A program made the translations under genes and the position numbers. DNA of 64,000 nt from the NCBI GenBank assembly GCA_964016885.1, contig OZ024754.1:40362001-40426000 (forward strand). Reading direction: 5' to 3'. Under the pieces are notes generated by a model. It did not search any database. It was not told where the DNA came from and worked only from the letters and a program-made list of their open reading frames with translations. The first letter of the stretch is position 1. Each line of letters opens with the position of its first letter. The stretch comes from Eledone cirrhosa (taxonomy: Eukaryota). Shown one piece after another: positions 46,180-58,050 of the stretch.

Positions 46180-46660
46180 GTAAGGAACAACACATATAAT
46201 ATTATGCATATATATATATAATTATAATTATCTATCAAGATGGATTCAGTAAGAAACTGGTTAGACAATTGTTCACTAGAGTACTCGATACTTGGAGAAG
46301 TGGAGTTTGGTTGCACGAAAGAGTCTGGACGACTGAGCTCCTGCCGTTTCAACAACTAGTTCCAGACAAGCGATGATTATATATATAATTGAAGGGTAAT
46401 ATATTGTCTAGACAAATGTATCCACATTATGCGTGTTTACACTATTAGATATGTTCATTGGCATAAGAAGATCTGAGAGTAAAGTTGTTATAAGATTCTT
46501 ATCATCCATACACACAAACAAATAACATTTATCCTCTACATATATATATATATCTTTCTTTAGATAGATGCATTGCCAAATATATATATATATAATAGAA
46601 TATAGAGTCGGAACCCGACGGCTGAGCTTTTGCTGTTTCTACAACTAGTTCCAGACTTAG

Positions 46661-46725
<65 letters not shown>

Positions 46726-46753
46726 TTATGTAATAAACAACATAAGATAATTA

Positions 46754-46814
46754 TTTCATTTACCAGTGGTTTCTTGAAAGCAAACAAAATTTGCCTTCAA
46801 TCATCAGAATGAAA
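46754..46814 (-). ncRNA. type I hammerhead ribozyme motif (Penelope-like-element type)
   Basis: Minus strand: TTTCATT-CTGATGA-TTGAAGGCAAA[TTTTG]TTTGCTTTCAA-GAA-ACC[ACT]GGT-A-AATGAAA. Full catalytic core, 7-bp stem I, 11-bp stem II, palindromic stem III, GUA cleavage triplet. Confidence 0.85.
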
Positions 46815-47276
46815 AAATCCTGGTGTATTTATTGACTGTGGATTTTAAAAACAAAATAAATATATATATATATTATTTAATATAATGAAAAATTAAAAAA
46901 ACGCCATCTTCATGTTACTGTCTCAGACAATCTCAATACGATGCTATTCCCTTCTCTATTATAAAGGTCCCAGAGAAACTCCCTACCAGTTGCATATTAT
47001 CATTTAAATCTTTATTCGTGTTCTTGTTGTATCTACAGTTCAACCAAAAGTTAAAAACTATAAACTGTCAAGTATTATAGCAGTTTCTTCATCTTTGTTC
47101 TAGTTTCCCTATATGGTCGGAGGTTGTCACTCTCTCTCTCTCTCTTCGAAGAAGAAGGAATCTTTTTGTTTCTTTTTACTGTTAGATTTAATATAAGTTG
47201 CCGAGGACAGTATTTACTGCTGTGTATTATTCGAATTATATATATATATATATATATATACATACACACATACATA

Positions 47277-47393
47277 CAGGGTGTCCCCCCAAAATGTATA
47301 CATACTTTCATTACTTATACAGGCAATATCTATAAGAATGCTGTTGAAGTGTGTATACATTTTTTTTATGGGGTGGGGGGGGGGGACACCCTA
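47277..47393. mobile_element. Tc1/mariner-type MITE
   Basis: TA-CAGGGTGTCCCCCCAAAATGTATACATACTT ... AAGTGTGTATACATTTT..GGGGACACCCTA-TA. Confidence 0.7.
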
Positions 47394-47559
47394 TATATAT
47401 TTATATATATATGATGGCCTCAAACAACCCGCTTAGTACCCGCTTAGTGGCAGCTACAACTTCGATTCATAACCAATATTATATATATGTGTGTGTGTGT
47501 GTGTGTGAAAGAGTGGATCAGATGTATATGATGTTTTATTCTCTAGCTTGACTGTAATG

Positions 47560-47900
47560 TCGTGTGTGTGTATCATTACGATCGTGTGTGTGTGTGTCAC
47601 CACTGCCATCGTGTGTATGTGTATAAGTAGTCATCGTGTGTATGTATATAACTACTACGATCCTCTGTGTGTGTGTATCACTACCACGATTCTGTGTGAG
47701 TGTGTGTATAACTACGATTCTATGTGCGTGTGTGTGAGTGTCACTACTACGATCCAATGTGCGTGTGTGTGTGTGTATCACTATTACGATCCTATGTGTG
47801 TGTGTGTATAACTACGATTCTATGTGGGCGTGTATGTGTGTATAACTACTACGATCCTGTGTGTGTGTGTATAACTATGATTCTATGTGTGTGTGTGTAC
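47560..47900. repeat. degenerate minisatellite (actactacgatcc + (tg)n)
   Basis: About 10 diverged ~30-bp units. Confidence 0.75.
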
Positions 47901-49359
47901 ACGTCATTTTTATTTGGGAATTTAATAACATTCTCTGTCAACGTTCCGATTTCTGTTTTTAGTTGGGATCCCAGTCAGTCGCATATTGTCTGTCAGACCC
48001 TTTCCCCTTGAAATATAAGATCCCATCCGTATATAAAGTACAGCAAGGTGATATCTGGGGTCCCCCAACTATGTTTTAACTTGATATCAACGATGTCATT
48101 TAGAACTGAACATGAAACTACACAACGATGGAGGTTTAAATGACATTCCTCTTCATGTTTCTTATAACCCTGGCCAATACTGACACACCCCTTTTGGAAT
48201 TTAATAAAGTTAAGAGCGAGTTTTTTTTATATCCAATAACACATTCTTTTATGGCTGGAATCAGTCTTAAAAATATTTGAACCGCAATACCCTTTGTTCT
48301 TCCGTCGAACGATTTAATTTTCTTTGATAATAATCCAGTCCCAAACTGGTTTTGTGAAATAAAATCACTCACCGTAAAGAGTTCCCTACTTAAACTATAA
48401 ACTTCTAATATAATGTTATATATAAGAACTATATGTTTAAGTTACTATCTTAATAACGAAATAATTAGTGATTTTAGTAAATCTCTCAAAATTCTTCATT
48501 AATCATTTGGAATAGAATTTAATTTCATTAGAAATGCAGTTAGGAAACGGTAAAACCTCCTCTCACATGATCAACCTTATGGGTTTCAGGCTCACCTCTT
48601 ACCTGACATGCAGCTGACATTTCCTTCACACCTTGGCGTCTTTTTTCTGTTTGTTTGTTTTTTGTTTTTTCTCCTCACTTTTTAACTGCTCCCAAGAGCT
48701 GGGTCATTGGCCTAAGAAAAAGATTGCATGCAATAGAGAGAGTTCGTGAGATATTTATTATTTGTAAAGAAACAGCTATTTGTCATCAATGGCAAGTCAA
48801 TGAATAGCAACAGCCAGATCACCGCGATTTGATGTCTAGATCAATACTTTCCAAATACATTGGATGTATTTTTATCCCTGAATAATTGTGCGTCATCATC
48901 ACCGTTTAACGTCTATTTTAGCACGCTAGCATGGGTTAGACGGGTTGTCCCGTTTGAAGCAAGTTAGGTCCGGTGACCCTGTCTTGCTCACATAGAATAG
49001 TTTCTGGCTTGGTTTCTACGGTTGGATGCCCTTCCTAACGCCAACCTCATTTACAGTGAGTACTGGGTGCTTTTTTGTTGGCCCCTATCATTAAAACACC
49101 TGAGGAATCTTCCATAATATGCATGTAACTTCATAAGAGGCCAGCTAAACTTGTATAGATGTAAGCTGTAACAACAGTAAAAGATTCATTCCTATCTTTA
49201 AACCAATAGTAATATCCTAAAGCAACAATTATAAAGATCTATGTTAGCAATCTCAGTGTTTTCATTTGTAACATATGTTACTAGGATTGACTAAATCTAG
49301 CAGTTTCTAATTATTAGCTTTCCCAAATTACAGCACAAAGGACTGACAGCTGTCTTCCT

Positions 49360-50197
49360 TTAACCCTTTAGCATTTACATTACTCTATATATACTATTAT
49401 ATTTTCACAGTAAAGGCTTTACCTGACATAATATCTCACATAACATTTACATTACTCTATATATACTATTGTATTTTCACAGTAAAGGCTTTACCTCACA
49501 TAATATCTCACATAACATTTACATTACTCTATATATACTATTGTATTTTCACAGTAAAGGCTTTATCTTACATAATATCTCACATAACATTTACATTACT
49601 CTCATCATCATCATCATCACCGTTTTACGTCCGTTCTTCCACGCTAGCATGGGTTAGACGGTTACTCTATATATACTATTGTATTTTCACAGTAAAGGCT
49701 TTATCTTACATAATATCTCACATAACATTTACATTACTCTATATATACTATTGTATTTTCACAGTAAAGGCTTTACCTGACAATATCTCACATAACATTT
49801 ACATTACCCTATATATACTATTGTATTTTCACGGTAAAGGCTTTACCTGACATAATACCTCACATAACATTTACATTACCCTATATATACTATTGTATTT
49901 TCACAGTAAAGGCTTTACCTGACAATATCTCACATAACATTTACATTACCCTATATATACTATTGTATTTTCACGGTAAAGGCTTTACCTCACATAATAT
50001 CAAATCTATGAGATTTTGATATTATTTACTTTACCTCACATTATCTCACATAATATCGAATTTGTGAGATTTTGATGTTAATTATATTGAGAACAATACC
50101 TCAACATCAGTATGAGTGGCCAGTTACAGCTGGTTTGAACAGAAACAGGTGGGAGAATTCTGGCCGGATACGGCCGGTTTAAATGCAAAAGGGTTAA
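49360..50197. mobile_element. piggyBac-like MITE with an internal 72-bp tandem array and a nested retroposon-tail fragment
   Basis: TTAA-CCCTTTAGCATTT ... AAATGCAAAAGGG-TTAA ends; ~9 copies of acattactctatatatactattgtattttcacagtaaaggctttacctcacataatatctcacataacattt; LINE-tail insert at ~49601-49661. Confidence 0.78.
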
Positions 50198-50477
50198 CAC
50201 AGCTGAGCAAACATTCCTCAGAATGTAACATTAACTTTAGTTTCTGTTTAGGTTACGTCCTGTTATGAATAGAAATGTTGTTTTGGCGGGAGGGGGTGGG
50301 GTGTGTTGTTTGTGTTTTATTTTACAGCTAGGATATATTTTACATATTAAGATAATAGGTATTTATTTACCACAAACCTGTCGGAGAGCGACCAAAGGAA
50401 ATCATGAGATGATTGATAGCTTTGATCTTAATGGGGTTCTACAGGTTTACACTTCGTCCACAAGATGTGTGAAAAGC

Positions 50478-51998
50478 CAGTTTGACAGCAGATATACCTA
50501 CAGTTTGACAGCAGATATACCTACAGTTTGACAGCAGATATACCTACAGTTTGACAGCAGAGATACCTACAGTTTGACTGCAGATATACCTACAGTTTGA
50601 CAGCAGATATACCTACAGTTTGACAGCAGATATACCTACAGTTTGACTGCAGATATACCTACAGTTTGACAGCAGATATACCTACAGTTTGACAGCAGAT
50701 ATACCTACAGTTTGACAGCAGATATACCTACAGTTTGACTGCAGATATACCTACAGTTTGACAGCAGATATACCTACAGTTTGACAGCAGATATACCTAC
50801 AGTTTGACAGCAGATATACCTACAGTTTGACAGCAGATATACCTACAGTTTGACAGCAGATATACCTACAGTTTGACAGCAGATATACCTACAGTTTGAC
50901 AGCAGATATACCTACAGTTTGACTGCAGATATACCTACAGTTTGACAGCAGATATACCTACAGTTTGACAGCAGATATACCTACAGTTTGACTGCAGATA
51001 TACCTACAGTTTGACAGCAGATATACCTACAGTTTGACAGCAGATATACCTACATTTTGACTGCAGATATACCTACAGTTTGACAGCAGATATACCTACA
51101 GTTTGACTGCAGATATACCTACAGTTTGACAGCAGATATACCTACAGTTTGACAGCAGATATACCTACAGTTTGACAGCAGATATACCTACAGTTTGACA
51201 GCAGATATACCTACAGTTTGACTGCAGATATACCTACAGTTTGACAGCAGATATACCTACAGTTTGACAGCAGATATACCTACATTTTGACAGCAGATAT
51301 ACCTACAGTTTGACTGCAGATATACCTACAGTTTGACAGCAGATATACCTACAGTTTGACTGCAGATATACCTACAGTTTGACAGCAGATATACCTACAG
51401 TTTGACAGCAGATATACCTACAGTTTGACTGCAGATATACCTACAGTTTGACAGCAGATATACCTACAGTTTGACTGCAGATATACCTACAGTTTGACAG
51501 CAGATATACCTACAGTTTGATTGCAGATATACCTACAGTTTGACTGCAGATATACCTACAGTTTGACTGCAGATATACCTACAGTTTGACTGCAGATATA
51601 CCTACAGTTTGACTGCAGATATACCTACAGTTTGACAGCAGATATACCTACAGTTTGACAGCAGATATACCTACAGTTTGACAGCAGATATACCTACAGT
51701 TTGACAGCAGATATACCTACAGTTTGACTGCAGATATACCTACAGTTTGACAGCAGATATACCTACAGTTTGACTGCAGATATACCTACAGTTTGACAGC
51801 AGATATACCTACAGTTTGACAGCAGATATACCTACAGTTTGACTGCAGATATACCTACAGTTTGACAGCAGATATACCTACAGTTTGACTGCAGATATAC
51901 CTACAGTTTGACTGCAGATATACCTACAGTTTGACAGCAGATATACCTACAGTTTGACAGCAGATATACCTACAGTTTGACTGCAGATATACCTACAG
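50478..51998. repeat. 23-bp minisatellite, ~66 copies, two main variants
   Basis: Unit cagtttgac(a/t)gcagatataccta, head-to-tail with no spacers. Confidence 0.97.
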
Positions 51999-52401
51999 GA
52001 ACCTGTGTGTAACTTGTGTAAACAGTTCACGATGAATAAAAACTATTTTTCCAAGAACACTTTTATGTTATATTGAATATTGCTTTATAATAGAAATGTT
52101 CTTAATGTGTGTCTTGTTTAACCCTTTAGTTACCAACACGGCCAAATCCGGCTTTGGTTTTATGAAATAAAACCACCCATTTTAACCCTTTAGTTACCAA
52201 CCCAGCCAAAACTGGCTTTGGTTCTATGGCATAAAACCACCCATTTTAAAGGTTTCCAATTTAAATTAAAATCTTCCAACATTATTTTATAAAAGAACCT
52301 TACATTAAGTTACTATCTTAGTTATGAAATAATTAATAGTTTTAGTAAATCCATCATTAATTAATTTAAATAGACTGATTTCCTTAGAAATGCAGTCATA
52401 A

Positions 52402-53200
52402 AAGTGGTCATGTAGGTGTCACGACAAAAAGCACCCAGTACTCACTGTAAAGTGGTCATGTAGACGTCATGACAAAAAGCACCCAGTACTCACTGTAAAG
52501 TGGTCATGTAGATGTCATGACAAAAAGCACCCAGTACTCACTGTAAAGTGGACATGTAGGTGTCACGATAAAAAGCACCCAGTACTCACTGTAAAGTGGT
52601 CATGTAGATGTCATGACAAAAAGCACCCAGTACTCACTGTAAAGTGGACATGTAGGTGTCACGACAAAAAGCACCCAGTACTCACTGTAAAGTGGACATG
52701 TAGATGTCATGACAAAAAGCACCCAGTACTCACTGTAAAGTGGTCATGTAGGTGTCATGACAAAAAGCACCCAGTACTCACTGTAAAGTGGTCATGTAGG
52801 TGTCACGATAAAAAGCACCCAGTACTCACTGTAAAGTGGTCATGTAGGTGTCACGATAAAAAGGACCCAGTACTCACTGTAAAGTGGTCATGTAGATGTC
52901 ATGACAAAAAGCACCCAGTTCTCACTGTAAAGTGGTCATGTAGATGTCACGACAAAAAGCACCCAGTCCACACTGTAAAGTGGTAATGTGGGTGTCATGA
53001 AAAAAAGCACCCAGTACTCACTGTAAAGTGGTCATGTAGATGTCATGACAAAAAGCACCCAGTACTCACTGTAAAGTGGTCATGTAGGTGTCACGACAAA
53101 AAGCACCCAGTATTCACTGTAAGTGGTCATGTAGGTGTCACGACAAAAAACACCCAGTCCACACTGTAAAGTGGACATGTAGATGTTATGACAAAAAGCT
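52402..53200. repeat. 48-bp minisatellite (~16 copies) derived from a retroposon 3'UTR
   Basis: Unit aagtggtcatgtaggtgtcacgacaaaaagcacccagtactcactgta; homologous to the reverse complement of 55110-55215. Confidence 0.92.
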
Positions 53201-54096
53201 GTGGACGTTAAACAGACAACTGGACTGGTTACTGTACATCAGTTTACTCTCCATACTTTTGACTGTGTCGTCTCACGCTTTGATGTCCTTCTACTTTAGA
53301 AGAGGAATGTCAATTATATTTTTTTTATCAATCCCAGAAAGATGAAAGGCAAAATTGAGCTCGGCGAGATTTGAACTCAGTACGTAAAAGGTGCGTAATC
53401 TGTTGAGTTGAATATTCGGTCAGAGTTCAGCATCTTTTCATAACCAAAATAAAAACTTCATTCAGTCTTATTTTGATGTCTTTGTTAAAGTTTAATATTT
53501 CCTAGGAAGGGAGTGAGCCAATAGTTTATAAAACTTCAATATGTAAACAACTAAACTGTACTCAACTAATTAATATGTAGAAAAGAAGAATGAATAACTT
53601 ACTTTCTATGACAAGTGACTATCAGTTTAAAGACTGACACTTCTAATTTTTAATGTGACAGACCCTGAGCAAGATGGTTAAATAAGATCAGTTGGGAATC
53701 CAGCCAGATCAATTGATGTTTGCTTGTGACAGGACCCACTGCAAGGCATGTTTGAGGACTCTGTCCCACCCAATGGTCCTCTCAGGAATAAGTGTGTGTG
53801 TGGGGGGGGGGGGGTCATAGTGTAGTTTTGTACTTGTTTAGAATGTCCTGGTCCTGTTGATGTGGTTTCATGTGGTGCATAATGTCAAATGTTAAAGAAA
53901 ATAGTATGTTGCAAAGGTTTTAAAGTTTTAGCTATAGTGTACTCATGCACTTAAGACAATGATAGATGTTGTTCTGTGCCTCATGGGTTAGACAGGGTGC
54001 CATGTTATGAGACAAATCAGGTTCAGAGACAACATCTTGCTCATATGGATCTATATTTTGTCTTGGTTTCTATGGCTGGATGCCCTTCCTAACAAC

Positions 54097-54400
54097 ATCC
54101 ACTTTATAGTGTGGACTGGGCACTTCTTGTCATGTCACCTACTTGACCACTTTATAGTGTGGACTGGGTGCTTTTTGTCATGTCACCTACTTGACCACTT
54201 TACAGTGTGGACTGGGTGCTTTTTGTCATGTCACCTACTTGACCACCTTACAGTGTGGACTGGGCACTTTTTGTCATGTCACCTACTTGACCACCTTACA
54301 GTGTGGACTGGGTACTTTTTGTCATGACACCTACACAACCCCTTTACAGTGTGAGCTAGGTGCTTTTTATTGTGTCAGCTATACGATCACTTTACAGTGT
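54097..54400. repeat. 48-bp minisatellite (~6 copies), inverted relative to 52402-53200
   Basis: Unit ccacttta(c/t)agtgtggactgggtgctttttgtcatgtcacctacttga. Confidence 0.88.
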
Positions 54401-54603
54401 GGGGTGTACATTTGAGAAATAAGTTTCTGATCTAATTTCTATTGTATAATAATGAATAAATGGAAATTTACATTGCTATCATCATAAATATACACAACCA
54501 ATTAAATAGGTTTTACATTTCAAAATGTTTATTCATGTTTATGCAAACGTGGAGAAACAATTTAAAAGAGAGGATGATATTCTCTCTCTCTCTCTCTCTC
54601 TCA

Positions 54604-54641
<38 letters not shown>

Positions 54642-54644
<3 letters not shown>

Positions 54645-54749
54645 AATGGCTTCTACAGGACTAGAACTGTTTCATTCGGGAGAAATCATCAGGGCTTCCT
54701 GATGATTTCTTCTGAATGAAACAGTTCTAGTCCTGTAGAAGCCATTTCT
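54642..54749 (+). ncRNA. 52-bp inverted repeat containing a type I hammerhead motif (54693-54743)
   Basis: GGCTTC-CTGATGA-T.TTC[TTCT]GAA.T-GAA-ACAG[TTCTAGTC]CTGT-A-GAAGCC; the left arm 54642-54693 is its near-perfect reverse complement. Confidence 0.75.
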
Positions 54750-54943
54750 ATATATAAATATTTATACTCTGCTATGTATTGAGTACCTTACTTACTGTGG
54801 TTACCCCCGATTGAAGCCGGGATAAACTTACACATATTTATATATATATATTTATTAAAATGACAGATTAAAGTTTAAGCAAAGAATCGCTGCTTTCACC
54901 CTTAACAGGATCTTCTGTGGCTCTATGGTTTTTATATATCTGA

Positions 54944-56166
54944 TCATCATCATCATCATCATCACCGTTTTACGTCCGTTCTTCCACGCTAGCATGGGTT
55001 AGACGGGTTGTCCTGTTGTGGGCAGTGTCTGGTCGGCTGACCATGCCTTGCTCATACAGGAACTGATTTGGCTTGATTTCTACAGCTGGATGCCCTTTCT
55101 AACACCAACCTCATTTACATTGAGTGCTGGGTGCTTTTTTACTGTGGTGCCTACACGTCCACTTTACAGTATGGGCTGGGTGCTTTTTGCCGTGGCACCT
55201 CCACGACCACCTTGCAGTAGGAGGGTGTGGGGGCATATTATCTATATGCTTCAGCTTGTACCCATGGGAGGTCAGGTACTCTGTATTACTGCGTGACGCC
55301 AGAGGTCACGGTCGTGTGTCATTGCTTTGAGAGGTGTAATTGGGTAAGGTCGGCTTTTATCACCTCATCCCAGGTCATCTTGGGTCTCCCCACTCCGCGG
55401 TTTCCATCGACTTCTAGTGCTCTGCACCTTTTTATGCAGCTGTCATCCTTCATACGCATCACATGTCCATACCAACACATCCGCCTCCCCTGCACACAGC
55501 ATTTGATTCCTCTTATGTTCAGTCTCTCTCTCATTTATGCTTTGTCGTTCACGTATATTACTATTACACATCCATCGGAGCATGCAGGCTTCGTTTCTCT
55601 CTAATCTACATAAGTCTTCCACCTTCAGCGCCCAGGTCTCACTACCATGCAACATTGCTGTTCAGATACACACATCATACAGTCTGCCTTTCATTTTGAG
55701 GAAGAAGCCTTTTGCAGTTAGCAGTGGTAGCAGTTCCCTGAACTTCTTCCATCCCGTTCTTACCCTAGTTATTGTACTTTCTGAACACCCACCCCCGCTG
55801 CTAATTCGGTCACCTAGGTAGCAGAAGCTGTCTACTGTCTCTACAGAGCCCTCCCAGAGATTGGTGGTACTTGTTTCCTGTGGCTGTTTGCTGCTTGCTG
55901 TCCCAGTACAACTGCTGCATGTGAAGCCTTCATTCTTAATTAAGCTTCCTGAGATCCCGCTACATCTCTTGTGTACCCATTGTTTGCATTTGGGGCAGAG
56001 AATGGAGTTCCTACCTACACCTTTCCTACATACTGAGCAAGGCCATTTCCCTGAGGGGATCTGGGTTCTGTTTTCTCGTCTACTTACAAGGACCTTAGTC
56101 TTTGTCATGTTGACTTTGAGACCCTTTCTTTCTAGTCCCTGCTTCCAAGTTTGGAATTTCTTCTCT
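54944..56166 (-). mobile_element. 5'-truncated RTE-like LINE: RT C-terminus with embedded PHD-type finger, 3'UTR and (GAT)n tail
   Basis: ORFs 55662..56108, 55443..55655 and 55319..55534 (frameshifted): KTKVL, FCYLGD, LHGSETW, WYGHVMR, GRPKMTW. Tail (cat)n at 54944-54965. 3'UTR fragments recur at ~13250, 33800, 41090, 42390, 48895, 53980, 56930-57145 and 58970. Confidence 0.88.
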
Positions 56167-56822
56167 GATATATATATAATCCTTATCGAGCCCTCTTCAG
56201 ATTTTAGTCTTCATGTTTATTATTACTCTATATATAAATACACTATAGTATAAGTTTGGTAGAAATATCCGAGGGTGAGAGCACTCAGTCCATAGGATGG
56301 GTTGAGTATAATTAGTTACAACAGTGGTATGTTCAATTAAGTTTTGTTGGGTTACACACCCCAACTCATTCAGACTTATATACATTTTTTTTTAAAATTT
56401 TATGTAACAGCCTGAATCACACACACACACACTCTCTCTCTCTCTCTCTCTCAACTATGCCATTTTAGGGAAACCTGTGGTCAGAATCATTAGTTTTTTT
56501 GTACAAAATGCCTTGTAGTATTTGTTCTCCCGCCCTCTCTCCCTCTCTCTGTAATTAGAATATTAGGTTGCCTATATTCCCCATTGGCATGACTGTTTAA
56601 GCTGACAGACAAGATTGTCAAAGTATAAAGTATAACAGCTGCCTGCTGTAGTAGTTAGGATTATGTTAGATATCAGCAGATATTCTGCAATGTAATTGTT
56701 GCTTTTAATGTAGTTAGTCTCCATTAAAACAACTATATAAAACTTTTCTTCATCTGTCTCACATATAAACCTTATGAGCTGTCAAAAAATGATTTTATTC
56801 TTACAAAAAATTACTGTTCAGT

Positions 56823-56903
<81 letters not shown>

Positions 56904-57832
56904 CAAAAGTATATATAAGCATATAGACAATATGCCCCTATCCCCTCCCACTGAAAAGTGGTCGTGGAGGTGTCACGACAAAAAAAAGCACCCAGCACTC
57001 ACTGTAAATGAGGTTGGTGTTGGGAAGGGCATCCAGAATCTGTCCCGGGTGAGCTAAACACGGTCCTCTAACCTGATTCTCTCCCTAAGGGTCAACCCGT
57101 CCTACCCATGCTAGCGTAGAAGATGGACGTTAAACGATGATGACGTATCTAATTTGGAAGTATGGTCACAGCTGGAATACCTTTGATCAGAAGTGTGTTC
57201 AATAAGAACTGACTTCTGGTTCTAAACAACTATTGTGTGTCTAATTACCATAAAGGCATCATTTAATTAACTTCACGTTCTCAGCTTCTGGTCAGTTGGT
57301 TTTGCAGGGTTTTTTTTATTTTATTATTTTTTATAAAAACATGGAAACAATTTGTAATCAGCTAATTATAATAATTAAAAATATTTTAGCCCAGATGTTT
57401 CCGATTCTCTTTTTCCATATTAAGAGATTAACTAATAAAGCTTGCCTAACTTCAATTATATCTTGTATTATTTCTCTATAAAGATACTTGCTATCATCAC
57501 TATTAATAATTTATTATTTTTTTTATTTTCTAATCTATTTTGTATGTTTCCTTTATTGTTTTTAGTATATTTCATCTCAAAAGTAATAATCTTTTATCAT
57601 TTAAAAATAAACCTGATATAAATATGTAGATACCTGTACATGCTGGATCATGTTAAAGTATTAATTACAGGTGAAATCAAACTTGAAATGATGAACAGTT
57701 GTACTTGACTATTTTTCTTTTATAAATGAAGTGCTTTCTGTCAATTTTTAATTTACTGATTGAAGCTGCTTTCATAGAATTTACTTCATTGTTTGTTTTG
57801 ATTACCTTGTGTATTAATCATTGTCATTGTAT

Positions 57833-57975
57833 GACTTAGACCAGTCCTCTCCTGTACAGCATGGGTTAGACCAGTCCTCTCCAGTATAGCATGGGTTAGA
57901 CCAGTCTTCTCCAGTATAGCTTGACTTAGACCAGTCCTCTCCACTACCACATGGGTTAGACCAATCCTCTCCAGC
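57833..57975. repeat. 30-bp minisatellite, ~5 copies
   Basis: ttagaccagtcctctccagtatagcatggg; ends about 75 nt before the DEGS exon-2 acceptor. Confidence 0.85.
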
Positions 57976-58050
57976 ACAGTTAGTTTTATTAAATTTTATG
58001 CATCAAATGATGTCTTTTTATTTATTTATTTTAATTTTCATTTATTTCAG

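Noticed and set aside
50478-51998. Regular short repeats resembling a CRISPR array
   Set aside because: Units are head-to-tail with no unique spacers, there are no cas genes, and the context is a eukaryotic intron.
56170-56205. Minus-strand CTGAAGA-GGGCTC-GATA next to the LINE
   Set aside because: GAAA and stem III are missing; too degenerate to call.
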